A stretch of 64,000 bases of DNA from NCBI GenBank assembly GCA_964016885.1, contig OZ024743.1:129084001-129148000 (forward strand), written 5' to 3'. The position numbers and the translations under genes are program-made. The notes under the pieces were generated by a model that saw nothing but the letters and a program-made list of their open reading frames with translations, was not told the origin of the DNA and did no database searches. Below, piece after piece: positions 30,301 to 44,700 of the stretch. Positions within the stretch are counted from its first letter, which is position 1, and the number at the start of each line of letters is the position of its first letter. This stretch comes from Eledone cirrhosa. Its lineage: Eukaryota.

Positions 30301-33160
30301 AACACCAAGCACCAAGCACCAAGCACCAAACACCAAGCACCAAACACCAAGCACCAAACACCAAGCACCAAGCACCAAGACTCAAACACCAAGCACCAAA
30401 CACTAAGCACCAAGCACCAAGCATCAAACACCAAGCATATAACACCAAACACCAAACACCAAGCACCAAACACCAAACACCAAGTACCAAGCACCAAACA
30501 CCTAACACCAAGCACCAAACACCAAGCACCAAACTCCAAGCACCAAGCACCAAACACCAAGCACCAAACACCAAGCACCAAACACCAAGCACCAAGCACC
30601 AAACACCAAGCACCAAGCACCAAACACCAAGAACCAAGCACCAAGCACCAAGTACAAACACCAAGCACCAAGCACCAAACACCAAGCACCTAGCACCAAA
30701 CACCAAACACCAAGCACCAAACACCAGGCACCAATCACCAAGCACCAAACACCAAGCAGCCAGCAGCAAGCACCAAACACCAAGCACCAAGCACCAAAAA
30801 CCAGACACCAAACACCAAGCACCAAACACCTAACACCAAGCACCAAGCACCAAGTACCAAGCACCAAACACCAAGCACCAAACACCAAACACCAAGCACC
30901 AAGCACCAACCACCAAACACCAAGCACCAAGCACCAAGCACCAAGCACCAAACACCAAGCACCAAACACCTAGCACCAAACACCAAGCACCAAGCACCAA
31001 ACACCAAGCACCAAGCACCAAACACCAAGCACCAAGCACCAAGCATCAAACCTCCAAGCACCAAACACCAAACACCAAGCACCAAGCACCAAGCATCAAA
31101 CACCAAGCATATAACACCAAACACCAAACACCAAGCACCCATCACCAAACACCAAGCACCAAGCACCAAACACCAAGCACCAAGCACCAAGCAAAAAGCA
31201 CCAAACACCAAGCACCAAACACCAAACACCAAGCACCAAACACCAAACACCAAGCACCAAGCAAAAAGCACCAAACACCAAGCACCAAACACCAAACACC
31301 AAGCACCAAACACCAAACACCAAGCACCAAGCACCAAGCACGAAGCACCAAACACCAACCACCAAACACCAAGCACCAAGCACCAAGCACGAAGCACCAA
31401 ACACCAAGCACCAAACACCAAGCACCAAACACCTAACACCAAGCACCAAGCACCAAGTACCAAGCACCAAACACCAAGCACCAAACACCAAACACCAAGC
31501 ACCAAACACCAAACACCAAGCACCAAGCACCCAACACCTAACACCTAGCACCAAACACCAACCACCAAACACCAAGCACCAACCACGAAGCACCAAGCAC
31601 CAAGCACCAAACACCAAGCACCAAACACCAAGCACCAAGCACCAAGCACCAAGTACAAACACCAAACACCAAACACCAAGCACCAAGCACCAAGCATCAA
31701 ACACCAAGCATATAACACCAAACACCAAGCACCAAGCACCAAACACTAAACACCAAGCACCAAGCACCAAACACCAGGCACCAAAGACCAAACACCAAAC
31801 AGCAAACACCAAACACCATACAGCAAACACTAAACACCAAAAAGCAGACAGCAAACACCAAACACCAAGCACCAAACACCTAACACCAAGCACCAAGCAC
31901 CAAGCACCAAACACCAACCACCAAACACCAAACATCAAGCACCAAGCACCAAGTACCAAACACCAAGAACCAAGAACCAAACACCAAGCACCAAGCACCA
32001 AGTACAAACACCAAGCACCAAGCACCAAGCACCAAACACCAAGAACCAAGCACCAAAAACAAAACACCAAGCACCAAGCACCAAGCATCAAACACCAAGC
32101 ACCAAACACAAAACACCAAGCACCAAGCACCAAACACCAAACTCCAAGCACCAAGCACCAAACACCAAACACCAAGCACCAAGCACCAAGCACCAGGCAC
32201 CAAACACCAAGCACCAAGCACCAAACACCAATCGCCAAACACCAAACACCAAGAACCAAGAACCAAACACCAAGCACCAAGCACCAAGTATAAACACCAA
32301 GCACCAAACACCAAGCACCAAACACAAAACACCAAACACCAAGCACCAAGCACCAAGCACCAAACACAAAGCACCCAGCACCAAACACCAAGGACCAAGC
32401 ACCAAGCACCAAGCACCAAAAACCAAACACGAAACACAAAACACCAAGCACCAAGCACCAAACACAAAACTCCAAGCACCAAGCACCAAACACCAAACAC
32501 CAAGCACCAAGCACCAAGCACCAGGAACCAAACACCAAGCACCAAGCACCAAACACCAAGCAACAAGCACCAAACACCAAACACCAAACACCAAACAGCA
32601 AACAACATACAGCAAACACCAAACACCAAAAAGCAAACACCAAACACCAAACAGCAAACACCAAACACCAAACAGCAAACAGCAAACACCAAACACTAAG
32701 CACCAAGCACCAAACACCAAACACCAAACACCAAGCACGAGGCACCAAACACCAAGCACCAAGCACCAAACACCAAGCACCTAGCACCAAACACTAAGCA
32801 CCAAGCACCAAACACTAAACACCAAGCACCAAATACCAAGCACCAAGCACCAAACACCAAACACCAAGAACCAAACACCAAGCACCCAGCACCAAACACC
32901 AAGCACTAAACACCAACCACCCAGCACCAAGCACCAAACACCAAGCACCAAGCACCAAACACCAAGCACCAAACACCAAGCACCAAACACCAAACACCAA
33001 GCACCAAGCACCAAACACCAAGAACCAAGCACCAAGCACCAAGTACAAACACCAAGCACCAAGCACCAAACACCAAGCACAAAGCACCAAGCATCAAACA
33101 CCAAGCACCAAACACCAAGCACCAAGCACCAAGCATCAAACACCAAGCATATAACACCAA
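27350..33160 (+). repeat. Tandem duplication of about 3.0 kb (~27350-30220 and ~30370-33160)
   Basis: Offset is 3020 (27482/30502, 27810/30830, 28076/31096) and drifts to 2999 and then 2943 (29753/32696). The copies share the ACTCAAA and CCTCCAAG marker units. Confidence 0.88.
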
Positions 33161-36100
33161 ACACCTAACACCAAGCACCAAACACCAAGCACCAAACACC
33201 AAGCACCAAGCACTAAGCACCAAACACCAAGCACCAAACACCAAGCACCAAACACCAAGCACCAAGCACCAAACACCAAGCACCAAGCACCAAACACCAA
33301 ACACCAAGCACCAAACACCAGGCACCAATCACCAAGCACCAAACACCAAGCAGCCAGCAGCAAGCACCAAACACCAAGCACCAAGCACCAAAAACCAGAC
33401 ACCAAACACCAAGCACCAAACACCTAACACCAAGCACCAAGCACCAAGTACCAAGCACCAAACACCAAGCACCAAACACCAAACACCAAGCACCAAACAC
33501 CAAACACCAAGCACCAAGCACCAAACACCTAACACCAAGCACCAAGCACCAACCCACCAAACACCAAGCACCAAGCACCAAGCACCAAGCACCAAACACC
33601 AAGCACCAAACACCAAGCACCAAACACCAAGCACCAAGCACCAACCACCAAACACCAAGCACCAAGCACCAAGCACCAAGCACCAAACACCAAGCACCAA
33701 ACACCAAGCACCAAACACCAAGCACCAAGCACCAAGCACCAAACACCAAGCACCAAGCACCAAGCATCAAACACCAAGCACCAAACACCAAACACCAAGC
33801 ACCAAGCACCAAGCATCAAACACCAAGCATATAACACCAAACACCAAACACCAAGCACCCAGCACCAAACACCAAACACCAAGCACCAAGCACCAAACAC
33901 CAAGCACCAAGCACCAAGCAAAAAGCACCAAACACCAAGCACCAAACACCAAACACCAAGCACCAAACACCAAACACCAAGCACCAAGCACCAAACACCT
34001 AACACCAAGCACCAAACCCCAACCACCAAACACCAAGCACCAAGCACCAAGCACCAAGCACCAAACACCAAGCACCAAACACCAAGCACCAAACACCTAA
34101 CAACAAGCACCAAGCACCAAGTACCAAGCACCAAACACCAAGCACCAAACACCAAACACCAAGAACCAAACACCAAACACCAAGCACCAATCACCAAGCA
34201 CCTAGCACCAAACACTAAGCACCAAGCACCAAACACTAAGCACCAAGCACCAAACACCAAGCACCAAGCACCAAACACCAAACACCAAGCACCAAACACC
34301 AAGCACCCAGCACCAAACACCAAGCACTAAACACCAACCACCCAGCACCAAGCACCAAACACCAAGCACCAAGCACCAAACACCAAGCACCAAACACCAA
34401 GCACCAAACACCAAACACCAAGCACCAAGCACCAAACACCAAGAACCAAGCACCAAGCACCAAGTACAAACACCAAGCACCAAGCACCAAACACCAAGCA
34501 CAAAGCACCAAGCATCAAACACCAAGCACCAAATACCAAGCACCAAGCACCAAGCATCAAACACCAAGCATATAACACCAAACACCAAACACCAAGCACC
34601 AAACACCAAACACCAAGCACCAAGCACCAAACACCTAACACCAAGCACCAAACACCAAGCACCAAACACCAAGCACTAAGCACCAAGCACCAAACACCAA
34701 GCACCAAACACCAAGCACCAAACACCAAGCACCAAGCACCAAACACCAAGCACCAAGCACCAAACACCAAGAACCAAGCACCAAGCACCAAGTACAAACA
34801 CCAAGCACCAAGCACCAAACACCAAGCACCAAGCACCAAGACTCAAACACCAAGCACCAAACACTAAGCACCAAGCACCAAGCATCAAACACCAAGCATA
34901 TAACACCAAACACCAAACACCAAGCACCAAACACCAAACACCAAGTACCAAGCACCAAACACCTAACACCAAGCACCAAACACTAAGCACCAAACTCCAA
35001 GCACCAAGCACCAAACACCAAGCACCAAACACCAAGCACCAAACACCAAGCACCAAGCACCAAACACCAAGCACCAAGCACCAAACACCAAGAACCAAGC
35101 ACCAAGCACCAAGTACAAACACCAAGCACCAAGCACCAAACACCAAGCACCTAGCACCAAACACCAAACACCAAGCACCAAACACCAGGCACCAATCACC
35201 AAGCACCAAACACCAAGCAGCCAGCAGCAAGCACCAAACACCAAGCACCAAGCACCAAAAACCAGACACCAAACACCAAGCACCAAACACCTAACACCAA
35301 GCACCAAGCACCAAGTACCAAGCACCAAACACCAAGCACCAAACACCAAACACCAAGCACCAAGCACCAACCACCAAACACCAAGCACCAAGCACCAAGC
35401 ACCAAGCACCAAACACCAAGCACCAAACACCTAGCACCAAACACCAAGCACCAAGCACCAAACACCAAGCACCAAGCACCAAACACCAAGCACCAAGCAC
35501 CAAGCATCAAACCTCCAAGCACCAAACACCAAACACCAAGCACCAAGCACCAAGCATCAAACACCAAGCATATAACACCAAACACCAAACACCAAGCACC
35601 CATCACCAAACACCAAGCACCAAGCACCAAACACCAAGCACCAAGCACCAAGCAAAAAGCACCAAACACCAAGCACCAAACACCAAACACCAAGCACCAA
35701 ACACCAAACACCAAGCACCAAGCAAAAAGCACCAAACACCAAGCACCAAACACCAAACACCAAGCACCAAACACCAAACACCAAGCACCAAGCACCAAGC
35801 ACGAAGCACCAAACACCAACCACCAAACACCAAGCACCAAGCACCAAGCACGAAGCACCAAACACCAAGCACCAAACACCAAGCACCAAACACCTAACAC
35901 CAAGCACCAAGCACCAAGTACCAAGCACCAAACACCAAGCACCAAACACCAAACACCAAGCACCAAACACCAAACACCAAGCACCAAGCACCCAACACCT
36001 AACACCTAGCACCAAACACCAACCACCAACCACCAAGCACCAACCACGAAGCACCAAGCACCAAGCACCAAACACCAAGCACCAAACACCAAGCACCAAG

Positions 36101-38760
36101 CACCAAGCACCAAGTACAAACACCAAACACCAAACACCAAGCACCAAGCACCAAGCATCAAACACCAAGCATATAACACCAAACACCAAGCACCAAGCAC
36201 CAAACACTAAACACCAAGCACCAAGCACCAAACACCAGGCACCAAAGACCAAACACCAAACAGCAAACACCAAACACCATACAGCAAACACTAAACACCA
36301 AAAAGCAGACAGCAAACACCAAACACCAAGCACCAAACACCTAACACTAAGCACCAAGCACCAAGCACCAAACACCAACCACCAAACACCAAACATCAAG
36401 CACCAAGCACCAAGTACCAAACACCAAGAACCAAGAACCAAACACCAAGCACCAAGCACCAAGTACAAACACCAAGCACCAAGCACCAAGCACCAAACAC
36501 CAAGAACCAAGCACCAAACACAAAACACCAAGCACCAAGCACCAAGCATCAAACACCAAGCACCAAACACAAAACACCAAGCACCAAGCACCAAGCACCA
36601 AACACCAAGAACCAAGCACCAAAAACAAAACACCAAGCACCAAGCACCAAGCATCAAACACCAAGCACAAAACACAAAACACCAAGCACCAAGCACCAAA
36701 CACCAAACTCCAAGCACCAAGCACCAAACACCAAACACCAAGCACCAAGCACCAAGCACCAGGCACCAAACACCAAGCACCAAGCACCAAACACCAATCG
36801 CCAAACACCAAACACCAAGAACCAAGAACCAAACACCAAGCACCAAGCACCAAGTATAAACACCAAGCACCAAACACCAAGCACCAAACACAAAACACCA
36901 AACACCAAGCACCAAGCACCAAGCACCAAACACAAAGCACCCAGCACCAAACACCAAGGACCAAGCACCAAGCACCAAGCACCAAAAACCAAACACGAAA
37001 CACAAAACACCAAGCACCAAGCACCAAACACAAAACTCCAAGCACCAAGCACCAAACACCAAACACCAAGCACCAAGCACCAAGCACCAGGAACCAAACA
37101 CCAAGCACCAAGCACCAAACACCAAGCAACAAGCACCAAACACCAAACACCAAACACCAAACAGCAAACAACATACAGCAAACACCAAACACCAAAAAGC
37201 AAACACCAAACACCAAACAGCAAACACCAAACACCAAACAGCAAACAGCAAACACCAAACACTAAGCACCAAGCACCAAACACCAAACACCAAACACCAA
37301 GCACGAGGCACCAAACACCAAGCACCAAGCACCAAACACCAAGCACCTAGCACCAAACACTAAGCACCAAGCACCAAACACTAAACACCAAGCACCAAAT
37401 ACCAAGCACCAAGCACCAAACACCAAACACCAAGCACCAAACACCAAGCACCCAGCACCAAACACCAAGCACTAAACACCAACCACCCAGCACCAAGCAC
37501 CAAACACCAAGCACCAAGCACCAAACACCAAGCACCAAACACCAAGCACCAAACACCAAACACCAAGCACCAAGCACCAAACACCAAGAACCAAGCACCA
37601 AGCACCAAGTACAAACACCAAGCACCAAGCACCAAACACCAAGCACAAAGCACCAAGCATCAAACACCAAGCACCAAACACCAAGCACCAAGCACCAAGC
37701 ATCAAACACCAAGCATATAACACCAAACACCTAACACCAAGCACCAAACACCAAGCACCAAACACCAAGCACCAAGCACTAAGCACCAAACACCAAGCAC
37801 CAAACACCAAGCACCAAACACCAAGCACCAAGCACCAAACACCAAGCACCAAGCACCAAACACCAAACACCAAGCACCAAACACCAGGCCCCAATCACCA
37901 AGCACCAAACACCAAGCAGCCAGCAGCAAGCACCAAACACCAAGCACCAAGCACCAAAAACCAGACACCAAACACCAAGCACCAAACACCTAACACCAAG
38001 CACCAAGCACCAAGTACCAAGCACCAAACACCAAGCACCAAACACCAAACACCAAGCACCAAACACCAAACACCAAGCACCAAGCACCAAACACCTAACA
38101 CCAAGCACCAAGCACCAACCACCAAACACCAAGCACCAAGCACCAAGCACCAAGCACCAAACACCAAGCACCAAACACCAAGCACCAAACACCAAGCACC
38201 AAGCACCAACCACCAAACACCAAGCACCAAGCACCAAGCACCAAGCACCAAACACCAAGCACCAAACACCAAGCACCAAACACCAAGCACCAAGCACCAA
38301 GCACCAAACACCAAGCACCAAGCACCAAGCATCAAACACCAAGCACCAAACACCAAACACCAAGCACCAAGCACCAAGCATCAAACACCAAGCATATAAC
38401 ACCAAACACCAAACACCAAGCACCCAGCACCAAACACCAAACACCAAGCACCAAGCACCAAACACCAAGCACCAAGCACCAAGCAAAAAGCACCAAACAC
38501 CAAGCACCAAACACCAAACACCAAGCACCAAACACCAAACACCAAGCACCAAGCACCAAACACCTAACACCAAGCACCAAACACCAACCACCAAACACCA
38601 AGCACCAAGCACCAAGCACCAAGCACCAAACACCAAGCACCAAACACCAAGCACCAAACACCTAACATCAAGCACCAAGCACCAAGTACCAAGCACCAAA
38701 CACCAAGCACCAAACACCAAACACCAAGAACCAAACACCAAACACCAAGCACCAATCACC
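29830..38760 (+). repeat. Tandem duplication of about 4.4-4.6 kb (~29830-34195 and ~34196-38760)
   Basis: Offsets are 4364 (29872/34236), 4461 (30502/34963, 31142/35603), 4566 (32088/36654, 33136/37702) and 4565 (33767/38332). Confidence 0.88.
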
Positions 38761-41700
38761 AAACACCTAACACCAAGCACCAAACACCAACCACCAAACA
38801 CCAAGCACCAAGCACCAAGCACCAAACACCAAGCACCAAACACCAAGCACCAAGCACCAAGCACCAAGTACAAACACCAAACACCAAACACCAAGCACCA
38901 AGCACCAAGCATCAAACACCAAGCATATAACACCAAACACCAAGCACCAAGCACCAAACACCAAACACCAAGCACCAAGCACCAAACACCAAGCACCAAA
39001 GACCAAACACCAAACAGCAAACACCAAACACCATACAGCAAACACCAAACACCAAAAAGCAGACAGCAAACACCAAACACCAAACACCAAGCACCAAGAA
39101 CCAAGCACCAAACACCAACCACCAAACACCAAACATCAAGCACCAAGCACCAAGCACCAAGTACCAAACACCAAGAACCAAGAACCAAACACCAAGCACC
39201 AAGCACCAAGTACAAACACCAAGAACCAAGCACCAAACACAAAACACCAAGCACCAAGCACCAAGCATCAAACACCAAGCACCAAACACAAAACACCAAG
39301 CACCAAGCACCAAACACCAAACTCCAAGCACCAAGCACCAAACACCAAACACCAAGCACCAAGCACCAAGCACCAGGCACCAAACACCAAGCACCAAGCA
39401 CCAAACACCAATCGCCAAACACCAAACACCAAGAACCAAGAACCAAACACCAAGCACCAAGCACCAAGTACAAACACCAAGCACCAAGCACCAAACACCA
39501 AGCACCAAACACAAAACACCAAGCACCAAGCACCAAGCATCAAACACCAAACAGCAAACACCAACCACCAAGCACCAAGCACCAAGCACCAAAGACAAAG
39601 CAACCAGCACCAAACACCAACGACCAAGCACCAAGCACCAAGCACCAAAAACCAAACACGAAACACAAAACACCAAGCACCAAGCACCAAACACAAAACT
39701 CCAAGCACCAAGCACCAAACACCAAACACCAAGCACCAAGCACCAAGCACCAGGAACCAAACACCAAGCACCAAGCACCAAACACCAAGCAACAAGCACC
39801 AAACACCAAACACCAAACACCAAATAGCAAACAACATACAGCAAACACCAAACACCAAAAAGCAAACACCAAACACCAAACAGCAAACACCAAACAACAA
39901 ACACCAAACACCAAACACCAAACAGCAAACAGCAAACACCAAACACCAAGCACCAAGCACCAAACACCAAACACCAAACACCAAGCACCAGGCACCAAAC
40001 ACCAAGCACCAAGCACCAAACACCAAGCACCTAGCACCAAACACTAAGCACCAAGCACCAAACACTAAACACCAAGCACCAAACGCCAAGCACCAAGCAC
40101 CAAACACCAAACACCAAGCACCAAACACCAAGCACCCAGCACCAAACACCAAGCACTAAACACCAACCACCCAGCACCAAGCACCAAACACCAAGCACCA
40201 AGCACCAAGCACCAAACACCAGGCACCTAGCACCAAACACCAAACACCAAGCACCAAACACCAAGCACCAATCACCAAGCATCAAACACCAAGCAGCCAG
40301 CAGCAAGCACCAAACACCAAACACCAAGCACCAAGCACCAAAAACCAAACACCAAGCACCAAGCACCAAACACCTAACACCAAGCACCAAGCACCAAGTA
40401 CCAAGCACCAAACACCAAGCACCAAGCACCAAACACCAAGCACCAAACACCAAACACCAAGCACCAAACACCTAACACCAAACACCAAGCACCAAACACC
40501 AAGCACCAAACACCAAACACCAAGCACCAAGCACCAAACACCAAACACCAAGCACCAAACACCAAGCACCAAACACCAAGCACCAAACACCAAGCACCAA
40601 GCACCAAGCACCAAGCACCAAACACTAAGCACCAAACACCAAGCACCAAGCACCAAACACCAAGCACCAAGCACCAAACACCAAGAACCAAGCACCAAGC
40701 ACCAACTACAAACACCAAGCACCAAGCACCAAACACCAAGAACCAAGCACCAAGCATCAAGCACCAAGCACCAAACACCAAGCACCAAGCACCAAGCATC
40801 AAACACCAAGCATATAACACCAAACACCAAGCACCAAACACCTAACACCAAGCACCAAACACCAAGCACCAAACACCAAGCACCAAGCACCAAGCACCAA
40901 ACACCAAGCACCAATCACCAAGCACCAAACACCAAGCACCAAGCACCAAACACCAAGCACCAAGCACCAAACACCAAGAACCAAGCACCAAGCACCAAGT
41001 ACAAACACCAAGCACCAAGCACCAAACACCAAGCACCTAGCACCAAACACCAAACACCAAGCACCAAACACCAAGCCCCAATCACCAAACACCAAGCACC
41101 AAGCACCAAAAACCAGACACCAAGCACCAAGCACCAAACACCTAACACCAAGCACCAAGCACCAAGTACCAAGCACCAAACACCAAGCACCAAACACCAA
41201 ACACCAAGCACCAAACACCAAACACCAAGCACCAAGCACCAAACACCTAACACCAAGCACCAAGCACCAACCACCAAACACCAAGCACCAAGCACCAAGC
41301 ACCAAGCACCAATCACCAAACACCAAGCACCAAACACCAAGCACCAAACACCAAGCACCAAGCACCAAACACCAAGCACCAAGCACCAAACACCAAGAAC
41401 CAAGCACCAAGCATCAATCACCAAGTACCAAACACCAAGCACCAAGCACCAAGCATCAAACACCAAGCATATAACACCAAACACCAAACACCAAGCACCA
41501 ATCACCAAACACCAAACACCAAGCACCAAGCACCCAGCACCAAACACCAAGCATCAAGCACCAAACACCAAGCACCAAGCACCAAGCAAAAAGCACCAAA
41601 CACCAAGCATCAAGCACCAAACACCTAACACCAAGCACCAAACACGAACCACCAAACACCAAGCACCAAGCACCAAGCACCAAGCACCAAGCACCAAACA

Positions 41701-44700
41701 CCAAGCACCAAACACCAAGCACCAAGCACCAAGCACCAAACACCTAACACCAAGCACCAAGCACCAAGTACCAAGCACCAAACACCAAGCACCAAACACC
41801 AAACACCAAGCACCAAACACCTAACACCAAGCACCAAGCACCAAGTACAAACACCAAGCACCAAAGACCAAACACCAAGCACCAAGCACCAAGCATCAAA
41901 CACCAAACACCAAACACCAAGCACCAAGCACCAAGCACCAAACACCAAGCACCAAACACCAAACACCAAGCACCAAGCACCAAACACCGAACACCAAACA
42001 CCAAGCACCAAGCACCAAACACCGAACACCAAACACCAAGCACCAAACACCAAACACCAAGCACCAGACACCAAGCACAAAACAAAAAACACCAAACACC
42101 AAGCACCAAACACCAAACACCAAGCACCAAGCACCAAGCACCAAGCACCAAGCACCAAAGACCAAACACCAAACAACAAACACCAAACACGAAACAGCAA
42201 ACACCATAGAGCAAACACTAAACACCAAAAAGCAGACACCAAACAGCAAACACCAAACACCAAACACCAAACACCAAACAGCAAACAGCAAACACCAAGC
42301 ACCAAACACCAAGCACCAAGCACTAAACACCTAACACCAAGCACCAAGCACCAAGCACCAAACACCAAGCACCAAACACCAAACACCAAGCACCAAGCAC
42401 CAAGCACCAAGTACAAACACCAAGCACCAAGCACCAAGCACCAAACACAAAACACCAAGCACCAAGCACCAATCACCAAGCACCAAACACCAAGCAGCCA
42501 GCAGCAATCACCAAACACCAAACACAAAGCACCCAGCACCAAACACCAAGGACCAAGCACCAAGCACCAAGCACCAAAAACCAAACACCAAACCCAAAAC
42601 AACAAGCACCAAGCACCAAACACCAAGCACCAAGAACCAAGCACCAAACACAAAACACCAAGCACCAAGCACCAAGCACCAAACACCAAGAACCAAGCAC
42701 CAAACACAAAACACCAAGCACCAAGCACCAAGCATCAAACACCAAGCACCAAACACAAAACACCAAGCACCAAGCACCAAGCACCAAACACCAAGAACCA
42801 AGCACCAAAAACAAAACACCAAGCACCAAGCACCAAGCATCAAACACCAAGCACAAAACACAAAACACCAAGCACCAAGCACCAAACACCAAACTCCAAG
42901 CACCAAGCACCAAACACCAAACACCAAGCACCAAGCACCAAGCACCAGGCACCAAACACCAAGCACCAAGCACCAAACACCAATCGCCAAACACCAAACA
43001 CCAAGAACCAAGAACCAAACACCAAGCACCAAGCACCAAGTATAAACACCAAGCACCAAACACCAAGCACCAAACACAAAACACCAAACACCAAGCACCA
43101 AGCACCAAGCACCAAACACAAAGCACCCAGCACCAAACACCAAGGACCAAGCACCAAGCACCAAGCACCAAAAACCAAACACGAAACACAAAACACCAAG
43201 CACCAAGCACCAAACACAAAACTCCAAGCACCAAGCACCAAACACCAAACACCAAGCACCAAGCACCAAGCACCAGGAACCAAACACCAAGCACCAAGCA
43301 CCAAACACCAATCAACAAGCACCAAACACCAAACACCAAACACCAAACAGCAAACAACATACAGCAAACACCAAACACCAAAAAGCAAACACCAAACACC
43401 AAACAGCAAACACCAAACACCAAACAGCAAACAGCAAACACCAAACACTAAGCACCAAGCACCAAACACCAAACACCAAACACCAAGCACGAGGCACCAA
43501 ACACCAAGCACCAAGCACCAAACACCAAGCACCTAGCACCAAACACTAAGCACCAAGCACCAAACACTAAACACCAAGCACCAAATACCAAGCACCAAGC
43601 ACCAAACACCAAACACCAAGCACCAAACACCAAGCACCCAGCACCAAACACCAAGCACTAAACACCAACCACCCAGCACCAAGCACCAAACACCAAGCAC
43701 CAAGCACCAAACACCAAGCACCAAACACCAAGCACCAAACACCAAACACCAAGCACCAAGCACCAAACACCAAGAACCAAGCACCAAGCACCAAGTACAA
43801 ACACCAAGCACCAAGCACCAAACACCAAGCACAAAGCACCAAGCATCAAACACCAAGCACCAAACACCAAGCACCAAGCACCAAGCATCAAACACCAAGC
43901 ATATAACACCAAACACCTAACACCAAGCACCAAACACCAAGCACCAAACACCAAGCACCAAGCACTAAGCACCAAACACCAAGCACCAAACACCAAGCAC
44001 CAAACACCAAGCACCAAGCACCAAACACCAAGCACCAAGCACCAAACACCAAACACCAAGCACCAAACACCAGGCACCAATCACCAAGCACCAAACACCA
44101 AGCAGCCAGCAGCAAGCACCAAACACCAAGCACCAAGCACCAAAAACCAGACACCAAACACCAAGCACCAAACACCTAACACCAAGCACCAAGCACCAAG
44201 TACCAAGCACCAAACACCAAGCACCAAACACCAAACACCAAGCACCAAACACCAAACACCAAGCACCAAGCACCAAACACCTAACACCAAGCACCAAGCA
44301 CCAACCACCAAACACCAAGCACCAAGCACCAAGCACCAAGCACCAAACACCAAGCACCAAACACCAAGCACCAAACACCAAGCACCAAGCACCAACCACC
44401 AAACACCAAGCACCAAGCACCAAGCACCAAGCACCAAACACCAAGCACCAAACACCAAGCACCAAACACCAAGCACCAAGCACCAAGCACCAAACACCAA
44501 GCACCAAGCACCAAGCATCAAACACCAAGCACCAAACACCAAACACCAAGCACCAAGCACCAAGCATCAAACACCAAGCATATAACACCAAACACCAAAC
44601 ACCAAGCACCCAGCACCAAACACCAAACACCAAGCACCAAGCACCAAACACCAAGCACCAAGCACCAAGCAAAAAGCACCAAACACCAAGCACCAAACAC

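Noticed and set aside
33547-33554. Extra C (CACCAACC) causing a 1-bp register shift
   Set aside because: It is a singleton absent from the paralogs near 38113 and 44299 and lies in a short homopolymer, so it may be a consensus error.
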